Source of the DNA: a virus
Taxonomy: Duplodnaviria; Caudoviricetes
IMG/VR virus record: IMGVR_UViG_3300044806_000237
Coordinates: 1 to 48,844 of that record
Reading direction: 5' to 3' (one strand)
Length of the DNA: 48,844 nucleotides
Below, piece by piece: positions 9,749 through 19,983 of this stretch. The first letter of the stretch is position 1, and the number at the start of each line of letters is the position of its first letter. A program made the position numbers and the translations under genes. A model generated the notes under the pieces. The model did not search any database. It was not told the origin of the DNA and was given only the letters and a program-made list of their open reading frames with translations.

Positions 9749-10984
9749 TCAGTAAACCCCTGCCGTATGCGGACAAATCACCATCAGCTTTGAAATCTGA
9801 GCAATTTCCCGCGCCTGTCGATCTTCGGATTCAAAAAACATCGTCGGCCCGGGTGACGGGCGATGGGATTTTGCCCAAACTGCAAAATGTTTCGCCTTAA
9901 ATGCCGCGATGTTGTCACGTTGCCTGTCCCGCAGTGTTGCCGCCGGATGCATAACCAGCCGATTCCACCGAATGCTATGTCGCCTCAGCCAGTTTTCCGT
10001 TTCAGCCCGATACTTCTCAATGCGAGCCGTCACAATTAACGGGACCGGCGTTCGCCTTGGAACATACAAGGGCTTTGCATGTTGTATGAACGTCAGATAT
10101 TTTTTCCCGTCATCATCACTTCCGGCCGGGCAGTCATGGCACAGGATGCCGTCAAAATCCATCGCGCACGATGGCGACAGAATCGAATTGAAGACATTCC
10201 ATTCCAAAATATGCGGCCAGGGAAGATCAACCGCCCAGATATCAGGCTTCACTCTGGCCGCTGGATTGACATAGACCGCCGCATAGATCGCATTCCCGAT
10301 CTGCGACTTTATCAGCGGCCGAATTGCCTTGATCGAATTCCCGGTCATGACAGTGTCATCGACAACCAGAATCTTCCCCTGTCGAGGGTCAACGTGCCGG
10401 TTCCCGCCCAATCGCCAGCCATTTCCAGTGTCAACAATATCGTTCATGGTCTGCCGAATGGTGATCATCGGCAGCTGCAGATACATAGCCAGCATCGTGG
10501 CAACAGACAGCCCGGATCTGGCTACGCCGGCAATCGCCGTAACATCGCTGGGAATTTTCGCCAGCAGGAGCTTAATATCCTCCTGAAACTGCGAAGACTT
10601 AATGAATCTCGCCGGCTCGCTACCCATGCGAAAGCAGCTGCCAATACCAATAGCAGGAGCATTTACAATCCGCAGGTTATTCTTTGCGATCCGCTCAGCC
10701 CTTCTTAGTTTTCTTCGCTCAATTCTTCTGGCTTCCAATTCGGCCGGAGAGGAGGGACGGCTTGGCGCTAGTTGAGCCCCGTTGCCGTTTCCGTTTTCGT
10801 TGCTGTTTTCGGATTGCGATTCTAGTGAGATTGGGAATTCAGAAATTGCAACTCCGGATTGGCGAGACTTGCGGGAAACTCTGGTTCTTCGAGCAGGGCG
10901 AGGAACTGGAGGACTGATTGTACTTGCAAAATCTGCAACAGGCATTTGCGATGGATTGTCGCAGTCGCAATTGTTCCTACTCAT
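9749..10984 (-). CDS. Type I phosphoribosyltransferase fused to a HAD-like phosphatase
   Basis: IAGVARSGL and PRPP-binding loop ILVVDDTVMTGNS; HAD motif AMDFDGILC, then LIVTAR and MFFESE. Confidence 0.8.
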   Translation of the reverse strand: MSRNNCDCDNPSQMPVADFASTISPPVPRPARRTRVSRKSRQSGVAISEFPISLESQSENSNENGNGNGAQLAPSRPSSPAELEARRIERRKLRRAERIAKNNLRIVNAPAIGIGSCFRMGSEPARFIKSSQFQEDIKLLLAKIPSDVTAIAGVARSGLSVATMLAMYLQLPMITIRQTMNDIVDTGNGWRLGGNRHVDPRQGKILVVDDTVMTGNSIKAIRPLIKSQIGNAIYAAVYVNPAARVKPDIWAVDLPWPHILEWNVFNSILSPSCAMDFDGILCHDCPAGSDDDGKKYLTFIQHAKPLYVPRRTPVPLIVTARIEKYRAETENWLRRHSIRWNRLVMHPAATLRDRQRDNIAAFKAKHFAVWAKSHRPSPGPTMFFESEDRQAREIAQISKLMVICPHTAGVY

Positions 10985-11286
10985 TGGAATTTCAATCTAT
11001 TGGCAAATTTGTACACCGCCGCACTTCGCTCTGGCGGCTCCCATTTCCTCCACATCTCAACCTCAGACGATTGGATTAATTCAACTGCGACACTACCTGC
11101 AACAGACTTCACATCCAGCGGAATAAGCCCTGTTTCGTCCGACTCGCCCGTGATGAATATCGTCGGCGCAGTGCCGTCGCCAGGAACGTCGAGATACCAC
11201 CCGTCTTTCATCAGTTGCAATACTGATTCAGCATCATCTGTCACTGCAATTTTCCTGTTCGTGTGCGGGTCGAAAATCATCCGCAA
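10981..11286 (-). CDS. Hypothetical protein
   Basis: Stop overlaps the next start (ATGA); co-oriented in the operon. Confidence 0.55.
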   Translation of the reverse strand: MRMIFDPHTNRKIAVTDDAESVLQLMKDGWYLDVPGDGTAPTIFITGESDETGLIPLDVKSVAGSVAVELIQSSEVEMWRKWEPPERSAAVYKFANRLKFQ

Positions 11287-11297
11287 TATTGAAATGT

Positions 11298-11504
11298 TTA
11301 CATGCCGTCAAAGTTTTCAGCAACTATAGCAGCACTGCCTGGTATCGGTGGTTGATACATTCGCGGCTCGCCAATCGATTCTTCAAGAATGCGATTTTTT
11401 TCGGCAATTTCGGCCTGAAGAATGTCCTCTTCGGCCTTTCCACTCATCAAAAGCCAAGATACGAGATATGCGATAACGATGACAAAAATAATGCGAATCA
11501 TTGA
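11298..11504 (-). CDS. Small single-pass membrane protein
   Basis: Hydrophobic IRIIFVIVIAYLVSWLLM segment; fills an operon gap; start approximate. Confidence 0.5.
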   Translation of the reverse strand, partial: SMIRIIFVIVIAYLVSWLLMSGKAEEDILQAEIAEKNRILEESIGEPRMYQPPIPGSAAIVAENFDGM

Positions 11505-13435
11505 AAAAACTCCACGACGCCAATGCCGCCCCAGCCACACCCAGAAATCTTTTCATACGTCCTATAGGGCCCGGATTTTATCTCATTCCACAACCGATCT
11601 ACTTCGCACCCCTCCCGGCGATGCTTGACTGCCGTCGCTATGTCATGGAAAGCCACCAATCGAGGCGTTAACCCTCTGGCAAGTTCCCAGTCAATCCGGA
11701 CACCCGTATAAGAATGATCCCCGTCCACGAAGACAACGCTAAATGGGCCTCTCTGGCTGACTTTTTTCTGGATTTCCTTATCGGCACTACTCCCGACAAT
11801 CATGGCCTGGATGTTGTCTTTTTGAGGAGCAATGTCCACGGACAGCGTTTCAGTCTCTGAAAATCGCCGCTTTATTACAGTTTCTAACCCGCCATGCTTC
11901 GAGCCAATCACTAAGACCCTGTCATCCGGCCGGAGAAGGGAGAGGAACCAATCCAATTCCCGTTTGTGTTGCTCGCAACGTACCGGGCCAAGGCGGTCAA
12001 CCTCCCATTGCATTTGCCTATCAACAACTTCCGGATACATCAAATCCAGTGAATACTGCCTCAGCCAAGGCGAATTGTCCTCAAATGAACACCACGCACG
12101 ATCGGCGCTGCAGACATCGCCCGGCCAGGCTTCAACCCCGCCGTATACCTGCTGAACGGGAACGTGAGCGCCATCAATGAAAACTGACTGCGTTCGGAAC
12201 ATGAAACATGTGCCGCTGAAATGCCAGTGATTTTTCGGGATGAACGGTCGAAAGCCAAACGTTCTGAAGGAGCCGAAAAAGTCGTATCCCTTCTCCATCG
12301 CCTGCAATGCTTCGTCCTGCGCGAACAGAACGGTTTCGTACATCATTTCAGTCCAGAGCCGAACTGATTCGCAGTCTCGCGTATGCTGCCGAATTCCCTT
12401 TGCATGACCGTAAATCGTGATGCTGTCGCCGGTATCCTGGACCATCGGCAAAGCCTGCTGAAATGTGGACACCTCGCCGAATGGCTTGCCGCGAAGTGAT
12501 AAATCACCACACTCAGGGATGTTTTCATTCTGGATCCAGATCACGCGACCATCAGGAATCAGCTTCTGAACTTCCTCCAGTGTTGCGGTTGTTGCATCAG
12601 TCACGATACCTATGATCGGCTTACCATTGATCGTTTTCAGCAAATCGTTAATGCGTTCAGCGTGCCATTCCCAGACACCTCGCACCGGGTAGATATGGTA
12701 AATCAGATTCCAGACGACCGGCCCGGAAAACGGCTTTGGAATCGGTTTGGCAGCTGCCATCGTTTCCAGATAGCTGGCCTGTTGCTCTTCAGTCGGTTTT
12801 GGTTGTGGAGATCCAATTTTTGAAACCTGTGGCCTAGCCGCCGCAGCCTTTACAGCCAGTTCCCGCAGTCTGGCTTTTTCGTCGTTCAGGGCCAGTGCGG
12901 GACTCACTTTTTTTGGCTCACCCCCAGTGTCTATGGCTTCCTGTACCCATCCAGCAATTGTTGATTCAGCGATACTGGTATGCAGAATCCTGTCTGCAAT
13001 GATGCCAATTTTTCCCATCGTAGAAGCGAATTTGTATGATCGGTTGTAGATTTTCTCCACATACTCAGGCTTCGCGTGCTGGCATTCCTGAACGGTCATT
13101 GAGTTCAATTTTTCAATGTCTCTTGCGCATTCCTCGCACGGGATTTTTTTGCCAGTTTCTCTCTCAATAATCATCGCAAGGTTATCACCTACCGATGACT
13201 GGTATGTGATAATCTCAACTGGACGCTCAGAGCAAAATCCCGGAGGGTCCAGGATCGGATTTTCCTGTTTGATCGTCGCGCCCGCTTTACCAAGCTCATT
13301 CTTATTCCATCGATCAATCTGGACAGCACACGGAGCCGATGAAATCCCCTTGCACCTCGCAAAGAGTTCATCCCCTTTCATCATTCCATGTCGTTCGCAG
13401 AACCCAGCCGCCGGGCATTTGCAATGCACGTTCAT
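11498..13435 (-). CDS. Multidomain protein: Cys-rich N-terminus, glycosyltransferase-like domain and class I SAM methyltransferase (Methyltransf_24-like)
   Basis: Start MNVHCKC overlaps the upstream stop (ATGA). YGHAKG...HFSGT..F middle domain. C-terminal VLVIGSKHGG, VFVDGDHSY, VAFHDI and GWGGIGV. Confidence 0.65.
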   Translation of the reverse strand: MNVHCKCPAAGFCERHGMMKGDELFARCKGISSAPCAVQIDRWNKNELGKAGATIKQENPILDPPGFCSERPVEIITYQSSVGDNLAMIIERETGKKIPCEECARDIEKLNSMTVQECQHAKPEYVEKIYNRSYKFASTMGKIGIIADRILHTSIAESTIAGWVQEAIDTGGEPKKVSPALALNDEKARLRELAVKAAAARPQVSKIGSPQPKPTEEQQASYLETMAAAKPIPKPFSGPVVWNLIYHIYPVRGVWEWHAERINDLLKTINGKPIIGIVTDATTATLEEVQKLIPDGRVIWIQNENIPECGDLSLRGKPFGEVSTFQQALPMVQDTGDSITIYGHAKGIRQHTRDCESVRLWTEMMYETVLFAQDEALQAMEKGYDFFGSFRTFGFRPFIPKNHWHFSGTCFMFRTQSVFIDGAHVPVQQVYGGVEAWPGDVCSADRAWCSFEDNSPWLRQYSLDLMYPEVVDRQMQWEVDRLGPVRCEQHKRELDWFLSLLRPDDRVLVIGSKHGGLETVIKRRFSETETLSVDIAPQKDNIQAMIVGSSADKEIQKKVSQRGPFSVVFVDGDHSYTGVRIDWELARGLTPRLVAFHDIATAVKHRREGCEVDRLWNEIKSGPYRTYEKISGCGWGGIGVVEFFQ

Positions 13436-15147
13436 TCGAACACCGTTATTCCTATTGAAACTGAAGAACCCATTCCGCCAGATGGACCACAGCAACCAAG
13501 ACCTCCGGTCATTGTTCCGCCAAAAGACACGGTGAAAGTTTCGCAATCGACCGCTGATGCATCACCGTTCCAGTTACAACCATTGGAAATCAATGCCGAT
13601 ATGTGCCATGCCGTACCCTGGCAAGAGAAATTCAACGTCAGCGTTTGACTGCATACCGTAGTTGAACCAGTCCAAATTGCACCAGCGCCAGTGCTTGTCA
13701 GAGGTACTGAAATTGTTGTCGGAGCGCACGTCGGGCAACCCAAAGTCACTTCGGCAAACAGATTTCTGCCCAGAGGTCTCGGACAACAGGCCGTCGCCAC
13801 TGTTCCGCAGCTTCCACCGCACCAGCTGCAGCCCGCCGAAATGAACCATTCTGTGTCATCATCCTGAGTCAATTGCCAGAACGCATTTGGCGACGGACAC
13901 GCATTTATGCCAGTGAGTGGAATTCTTTCTGGAGGTTCTTTCAGAACGATTTCAACCGGAGGTATCAACTTAAACGCACAACATTCGCCGGTAACAATCC
14001 GGATCATGTCCGTATGTAGTGCGGTTCCGTAGTGTACCGTAAGCCTTACTCTGACTTTACCCTCATTTGCCGCAGTGCCGGTATATTTAGGATCGAGATT
14101 TTCAAACATTGCTCGATTGATCGTTGTTGTGACCGGTCGTCCGTCAACGGTAGTAAGAAAATCCCATTCAGACGTTACCCAGTTCCACATATCAAATCGA
14201 ATCGTCGATCCTTCATCATACGACCGCCCAAGCCATTTCACGGACTTTGCTTTGCGGTGTTCTATGCTGAAGTCGTAAATCACCTGGATACTGGAGCCCG
14301 TTATGCTGTGCTCTTTTTTGTCCCCAATCCAGACAGCATCGCGGACAGTGCAGGGACTCGTAACGGCTTCGCTTCCAGAAACAATCGTGTATGTGTCCAG
14401 TTGACGATCGTATTGATCGCCAACCTCAATCTTCCATCCATTCGATGACCAAGACGCGAGCCAAGGCGTTTGATAAAATGAACTGTTCCCGCAACCCGAA
14501 ACGAACTCGCGAGAGAACACGGAACAAACAACCTCATTTGATCCGTGAATTGTGAACGATCCCGTGATTGCATTTCGCGACCCAATAGAAATACACAGGC
14601 AATCACAAAGGCACTTACACCCAGCGCATTCAATTTTGTCCTGAAGGTCCAATGACGGCACATCACTGATCGAAATTATCAATGCAGGGTCAACTACCGT
14701 CCAGGTCCCGCCAAACTCAGCACAACCGCGTGCCCGCATTCCATGGTTACAGGCTTCCGAATAGACAACGTCATCTTGATCGATGAGGGTTTGACTGCTG
14801 AGATCCAGCGAAGGAATATCCCACATCAGATAACACTGTTCGTCGATTACACTCAGGCGGAAATTCAGAGCATGCGAATTTCCGTCAATGCTGATCAATG
14901 TCGTGTACTGGATCGGATCGCCCAAATATGTTGCACTACCGCAGCCTTTCGGGACCAATGCCAATGACGTGACATCATTGTAAGTCACCGAAATGCAAAC
15001 CTGCTTGGGAATGCACCGGCAACAATACTGCTGAATTTCGATAATGCTTTGCGTTGTTCCGACGCTGGATCTTGCATCGCTGGGAGGTGTTCGGCAGCCG
15101 CCACAGCAGCAACCGCCCATTCCAGTTCCTTTGCCTTTTGCCACCAT
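13432..15147 (-). CDS. Cysteine-rich putative tail tip/fibre protein
   Basis: About 37 Cys in about 571 aa (manual count); beta-rich; TGATG overlap with the upstream gene; lies after the tail genes. Confidence 0.55.
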   Translation of the reverse strand: MVAKGKGTGMGGCCCGGCRTPPSDARSSVGTTQSIIEIQQYCCRCIPKQVCISVTYNDVTSLALVPKGCGSATYLGDPIQYTTLISIDGNSHALNFRLSVIDEQCYLMWDIPSLDLSSQTLIDQDDVVYSEACNHGMRARGCAEFGGTWTVVDPALIISISDVPSLDLQDKIECAGCKCLCDCLCISIGSRNAITGSFTIHGSNEVVCSVFSREFVSGCGNSSFYQTPWLASWSSNGWKIEVGDQYDRQLDTYTIVSGSEAVTSPCTVRDAVWIGDKKEHSITGSSIQVIYDFSIEHRKAKSVKWLGRSYDEGSTIRFDMWNWVTSEWDFLTTVDGRPVTTTINRAMFENLDPKYTGTAANEGKVRVRLTVHYGTALHTDMIRIVTGECCAFKLIPPVEIVLKEPPERIPLTGINACPSPNAFWQLTQDDDTEWFISAGCSWCGGSCGTVATACCPRPLGRNLFAEVTLGCPTCAPTTISVPLTSTGAGAIWTGSTTVCSQTLTLNFSCQGTAWHISALISNGCNWNGDASAVDCETFTVSFGGTMTGGLGCCGPSGGMGSSVSIGITVFE

Positions 15148-16778
15148 CAGACAGTCTCGCAAGAAACGTTCGGGCAGCAGATAAACTGAACGCACCAGTA
15201 CCAAGGCGGAGGATTATAATGATCTGGAAAGTGCAATTCTGCAGCCGATGCGTTAGTCCTCATCAATGTGGCCATACCTCGCCTTGCTGTGAGATCAACG
15301 TTTGGCTCATTCAAATGGCAACCGTGCGTGTCAAAAACTTCAACAACGGTATCAATCAGAAACGATCCATAAGCCGGACCTGTGAAAGATCGCTGTTCGA
15401 TTTGAACCAAGGCTGATCGCGTCGTAGGATCAGACGAAGCAATCTGAAAGTTGATTATTTGGTTTTCGCTGCCAACGGCCGCAATTGTTTCCGGCAACAA
15501 ATTGTGATGCCAGCTTCTCACCCGAGTCTGGCACCGATAGCCAGATTCAAAACGAGTCTGAAAGAAAATGACGCAATCGTCATAGACAGTCGGCTGCCAC
15601 TTCTGAATCCCGGCAAACGTGTAATCGTGAATCTTCGTGAATCTTCCGTAGAAATCTTTTGCCGCCTGCTCAACCAAGTCATCAGGAGGGGTTTCGGTAT
15701 CCTCCCAATGCAGCCTCAGTATCGCAGAAGATTCCGGATAAGTTTTGACTTCCGTCAATCCAATAGCAACAGGCGTTTTTGACTTATATTCACTGCGAGA
15801 AGGAACCCAAATTTTGGCAGGCAAAAATGCTGCGCCCTGCTGTCCATCAAAAGCCCCGCCCATTTGAGTAATTGGCGTGCCGACAAACTCAAATCCAGAT
15901 TCGTCGGATGTCACTTCTCCCGTGTACGGATTCCGATCGCCTAGAGCAATTCCAACACGACCATCAAGGTTATTCTGGTGAATGATCGGAGAATCATCGA
16001 CGGAAATCAGGACAAATCCAGTTTCAACGTCGCTCCCATCCTCTCCGGCCGAATTAAGTTCAGGCACCAGTTGACAGCCAATGTGCCAGGCCAGTGATTC
16101 CAAAATCACCGCCGCGTTTTCGTAGTTGTTGTTTGCGGAGATATCAGGGACTTTTGAATGCTGAGAATTGGAACAACTCAGTTCAATCGTTGTCCCCATT
16201 TTTTCGTTCAGGTAGTCAATGATTTCCTGAATATCTGTAAATTCTTCATCCTGAATGATGTCCACATTCTTGAACTGCCACCAATACCGCTGATCAACCA
16301 TGCACAGCAACCAGACGTTTTGGATGTCTTCCGTTTCTAAGTCGGAAAGTTCATCGGGCGTCATCGGCCGAGGAGGAAGGGGGCTCATTGTCAGCGTCAA
16401 ATTTGGACGTGAAATCACGCCGCTTTCGTATTGATTACTCCCATCATCTTTCCAGTTTGATGGAGACCCAAATTCGACAGTCAGTTTGTTGTCACTCGCC
16501 GCCGACTCTTCAAGAATTGCGTCCTTCTGAGCAGTCGTTACCAAGAAAAGACCGTAGCTCCATCGCGTGGCACCGGTCGGGACAACAATTTGATTCAACT
16601 TCGCTGGAGGTAAATCCGGATAGTTCGGGAACAGCAAATTCTTCCCGCGCGGAATCTTCACTGATGCCGATTCGGTGAATGCTCGAATCAGTTTCGTTGT
16701 ATGGTGAGCTTCAAAAAAACGGTCAAGCTGCCCCTTTGGATCGGCAAGAAGAACCGGAGTTTCTCCAATGCGGATCAT
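15147..16778 (-). CDS. Putative tail/baseplate hub protein
   Basis: 543 aa, overlapping starts/stops in the tail operon; function from position only. Confidence 0.45.
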   Translation of the reverse strand: MIRIGETPVLLADPKGQLDRFFEAHHTTKLIRAFTESASVKIPRGKNLLFPNYPDLPPAKLNQIVVPTGATRWSYGLFLVTTAQKDAILEESAASDNKLTVEFGSPSNWKDDGSNQYESGVISRPNLTLTMSPLPPRPMTPDELSDLETEDIQNVWLLCMVDQRYWWQFKNVDIIQDEEFTDIQEIIDYLNEKMGTTIELSCSNSQHSKVPDISANNNYENAAVILESLAWHIGCQLVPELNSAGEDGSDVETGFVLISVDDSPIIHQNNLDGRVGIALGDRNPYTGEVTSDESGFEFVGTPITQMGGAFDGQQGAAFLPAKIWVPSRSEYKSKTPVAIGLTEVKTYPESSAILRLHWEDTETPPDDLVEQAAKDFYGRFTKIHDYTFAGIQKWQPTVYDDCVIFFQTRFESGYRCQTRVRSWHHNLLPETIAAVGSENQIINFQIASSDPTTRSALVQIEQRSFTGPAYGSFLIDTVVEVFDTHGCHLNEPNVDLTARRGMATLMRTNASAAELHFPDHYNPPPWYWCVQFICCPNVSCETV

Positions 16779-17368
16779 GGATCTTCCTCAATCGGATTTG
16801 GTTCATTGTCCAAATCGCCGTCAAGGTTCCATTTGAAATCAACCTGAAAGTCAACGGCCAAAGTGGCCTTTTGCGCCGTGCCACTCTCCTTTTCAGCCGA
16901 CTGAGCTTGCGTGTCAGTTAATGGCTTGATCGCATCAATCAAAATTGGCGTAAACCCATCATTGCCGGCAGCTTCTTCATGCAGGTAACTGCCAACAAGA
17001 GCCTTGATGATTTTTGTTTCCAGTCGCAGCAATCCGCGACCGGAAGCCGTCAACATCGAAACGCCAGCCCCGGCACGATCTGTCCGATTGCTTGACCAGA
17101 TCGCGACCCGCAAAGTTCCCGCATAGAGGACAACATTTGAGCCGCCGCCGGTCATCGCGCCATTGTCAAAATGACCGCCAGTGATTTGCACCGTCAGAAC
17201 TGAGTTGTTCTGCATAGACTTCGGAATTACGTCATCAACAACAACGAAAACCCGATTGGCAAAATCTGGCAATCGGGCTTCCAGGAGCATGGCAGCCCGG
17301 ATCAGCACTTCCGCTTTTGTAGTCGCGTTTACACCTATACCGGACATAGTTTTCAACCAGATATTCAA
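16775..17368 (-). CDS. Putative tail completion/terminator-like protein
   Basis: 197 aa alpha/beta pattern typical of tail terminators; lies in the tail module. Confidence 0.4.
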   Translation of the reverse strand: MNIWLKTMSGIGVNATTKAEVLIRAAMLLEARLPDFANRVFVVVDDVIPKSMQNNSVLTVQITGGHFDNGAMTGGGSNVVLYAGTLRVAIWSSNRTDRAGAGVSMLTASGRGLLRLETKIIKALVGSYLHEEAAGNDGFTPILIDAIKPLTDTQAQSAEKESGTAQKATLAVDFQVDFKWNLDGDLDNEPNPIEEDP

Positions 17369-17419
17369 ATAGCCAGAAATCGCAGACGGCCGGAAAGGAG
17401 AGGGCTTGTGCCGCCAGTG

Positions 17420-17947
17420 TCAGACTCGCATATTCGTTGCCAGGACTTCCATCAGGTCAACCGTATGTTCCTTGAAGATGTCGCCGCCAACTGCGTGCAA
17501 CGTTTTACGGGCAAACGCGGAAGTTTCCGTCAGAACTCTCGCCGGACTTCCGCCGGTCATGCTCAGCGTTGTCGTAACGGTGATACTGGACTTTGTGCCC
17601 TTAAACTGAATCGTATGAGTGAAGTTCGGCGTTGAACCAGTTGCAGAAACCGCCGTTGTGCTGACACCCTCGCCAGACAACAACCGCAAAGCTGCCTGCA
17701 CGGTCGCCGCGCTCGCGTTGTAGGCCAGAGCCGAAGTAGTTCGAGCACCATTCACCGCATCGGTCAGTGTGATCGTGTATGTGCCACCGGTCGGAGTACC
17801 GGAAATTGCAAGAGTCCAGGCCTGAGTATTTCCACTCACCGCCTCATCGATCGCCGCCAGCAAAGCATCAGCCGCCGCGATGATCGCCGTTTTGTCGGTG
17901 GAGGAAGGGGCAAGACTCATTGCCTCAGTTGGTGTTTTAGCGACCAT
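17420..17947 (-). CDS. Virion structural/decoration protein
   Basis: Thr/Ala-rich with a GTPTGGTYTIT...TSALAYNASAATVQAAL motif seen in phage minor structural proteins. Confidence 0.55.
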   Translation of the reverse strand: MVAKTPTEAMSLAPSSTDKTAIIAAADALLAAIDEAVSGNTQAWTLAISGTPTGGTYTITLTDAVNGARTTSALAYNASAATVQAALRLLSGEGVSTTAVSATGSTPNFTHTIQFKGTKSSITVTTTLSMTGGSPARVLTETSAFARKTLHAVGGDIFKEHTVDLMEVLATNMRV

Positions 17948-18042
17948 CGGGATTCATCCTTTTTCGTCAAGTTTCATCAAGAACAGCAAAATCAATCACA
18001 TGTCACAACAATGTGCCATGCATGTTACAAACAAAATTTGTG

Positions 18043-19983
18043 TCAGCCAATGGCATGATCAGAAGAAAACAGCGTTGCCATCGTGAAAGCGTACAGACTC
18101 GGAGTTGTTTCCGGATCGGCGTATGGATTTTCCGCAGCGTCTGGATCCGGAATGCCAGCGCGAATCTTTGTTGGTGCTCGCGACATTCCGTAGATGTATT
18201 CCGCGCGCACGGCATACGTTCTCAAACCATCACCGGCCGCCGTTCTCTGGGGTTCGTCCAAAGCAAATTCCCGTCCCAACAGGACATTCAAAACGCCGTC
18301 TTCATCGCGGAATGACTGTTGCGGTTCTGGAAGTCTTGGAGGTTTCGCGTGCCTTTGCGCCAAAATTCGAACAGTTCGCCGCCACTGTGATGGACCAATG
18401 CGAACGAAAACTGAAGTATCACCGTCTTCCGCTCCATATCCGGCCGAAGAGGGAGGAGTTGCCGCGCCGTAGAAATTTGACACCGACACGGGCAGCTGAG
18501 AAATCATCGGATTCTCAGAATACTGCGAATCAATTTGGTACGTCTGGTAACTGCCCTCATAGTGCGAATCACTGAACGTTTCATCTGGCAAGTCATCCAA
18601 AATTTCGTAAGTTTCAAGAGTTACCGACGGCAAAGCCATTTCTTCAGTCATGCTGGCAATCAGTTCGGTATCAACGTCGCTTGAGCCCTCAAGAGCAGCA
18701 TTCACTGAATGATCCATTGTGCACCGGCTTTGTAAGTGAGCAGCAAAAGCACCAACTACCGTGATTGGCCCCTTGAATTCCGGAGTTTCCCCGAGTCGAT
18801 TCCCTCGAGTCAGGGTATTGTCATAGTCCGGGATCATCACGTTATCAATCCGGCTGCCAATTCCACGACGAATGCCAGTGAATAGCGTTTCACCAGCCCC
18901 ACCAGGCAACCTGACATTTTTCGGGTTGATATGAGTCATGTGGAAAACCGCATGAATCTGGTTGTCTTGGTTCGTTCCAGACTCATCGACAATCTCAATG
19001 TGCCGAAGTCTTGTCGTCTCGCTGATGCCCTGCTTTGGCAGAAGTTTTTTGATCCTGATTTTTCCGTCGGCAATCAGACAGGCCAAATCGATCAGTTCCT
19101 GTTTGTTAACGTGCCTATCCCCTTTGAGGGAAATTGACAGCGTTTCTGCAACCTCCAATTCGTGTTCGGCAATGTGAACCTTGTGCGAAATCCGGATTGA
19201 AGTCGCAGGATCCGGAGCCGTCACAGAAACTTCTTCATGAACCACAGTGTATTGCAACGTCAGGCAGTCCTCAGTGCATTTGAACTGCATGGACTTCAAC
19301 CGCATTCCGGGCGAGATTGCCGGCACAACCAGCTGCCGAAAATCATGCGGATTCACCAGAGGATTCGCCAATTTCAGTTCACCGACGAATGTCCTGGACT
19401 TCAGGTAGAAATTCTCATCGATGTCATCGGCACACGTCCATTTATTGGACAGAATTCCCCGAGTTCTTTGAACGTCACCGTATTCACTCCCCTCGCCGCA
19501 ATCCGGAGCGATGCAAACCACAACCTCCCATTCAATTTTCAGGGAGGTGTTGCCGACAACATGAGTGATAGACAAGTCCTTTGGTTGTGGCCCGCCCTGA
19601 ACGTCAAACGTTTCGTCAATGTCTTCCGAGTCTGAACCAACAGGATTTGCCTGAAGAATAATCGTCGGATTCGCACCACCAGTTCCCATGGTCATTTTGA
19701 AAGGGAGTTGAGGTGTTGACAAGATTTTCCGCAAACCAATATGCTGACTTGCGGCCGTCTGAGTGTATCCACCGCCAGCACCATTCGGGATAATTTTAGT
19801 ATTCGCCACCGTTTGAGCCAGCATGTAGCCAGCCACGCGAACAGTGTACCGGATGAACTTGACATCAATCCCGGATGCATCCGTGATATTTTCCTGATGG
19901 AATTTCAGCGTTGTGCAGTTCACGATCTGAACGGCGCTCAATCCGCTTCCGTATTCCACCTCAGTGTATCCATCAGTTGGCAT
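18043..19983 (-). CDS. Putative distal tail protein
   Basis: Directly downstream of the tape measure gene; start set at MPTDGY (19983), overlapping the TMP stop. Confidence 0.45.
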   Translation of the reverse strand: MPTDGYTEVEYGSGLSAVQIVNCTTLKFHQENITDASGIDVKFIRYTVRVAGYMLAQTVANTKIIPNGAGGGYTQTAASQHIGLRKILSTPQLPFKMTMGTGGANPTIILQANPVGSDSEDIDETFDVQGGPQPKDLSITHVVGNTSLKIEWEVVVCIAPDCGEGSEYGDVQRTRGILSNKWTCADDIDENFYLKSRTFVGELKLANPLVNPHDFRQLVVPAISPGMRLKSMQFKCTEDCLTLQYTVVHEEVSVTAPDPATSIRISHKVHIAEHELEVAETLSISLKGDRHVNKQELIDLACLIADGKIRIKKLLPKQGISETTRLRHIEIVDESGTNQDNQIHAVFHMTHINPKNVRLPGGAGETLFTGIRRGIGSRIDNVMIPDYDNTLTRGNRLGETPEFKGPITVVGAFAAHLQSRCTMDHSVNAALEGSSDVDTELIASMTEEMALPSVTLETYEILDDLPDETFSDSHYEGSYQTYQIDSQYSENPMISQLPVSVSNFYGAATPPSSAGYGAEDGDTSVFVRIGPSQWRRTVRILAQRHAKPPRLPEPQQSFRDEDGVLNVLLGREFALDEPQRTAAGDGLRTYAVRAEYIYGMSRAPTKIRAGIPDPDAAENPYADPETTPSLYAFTMATLFSSDHAIG

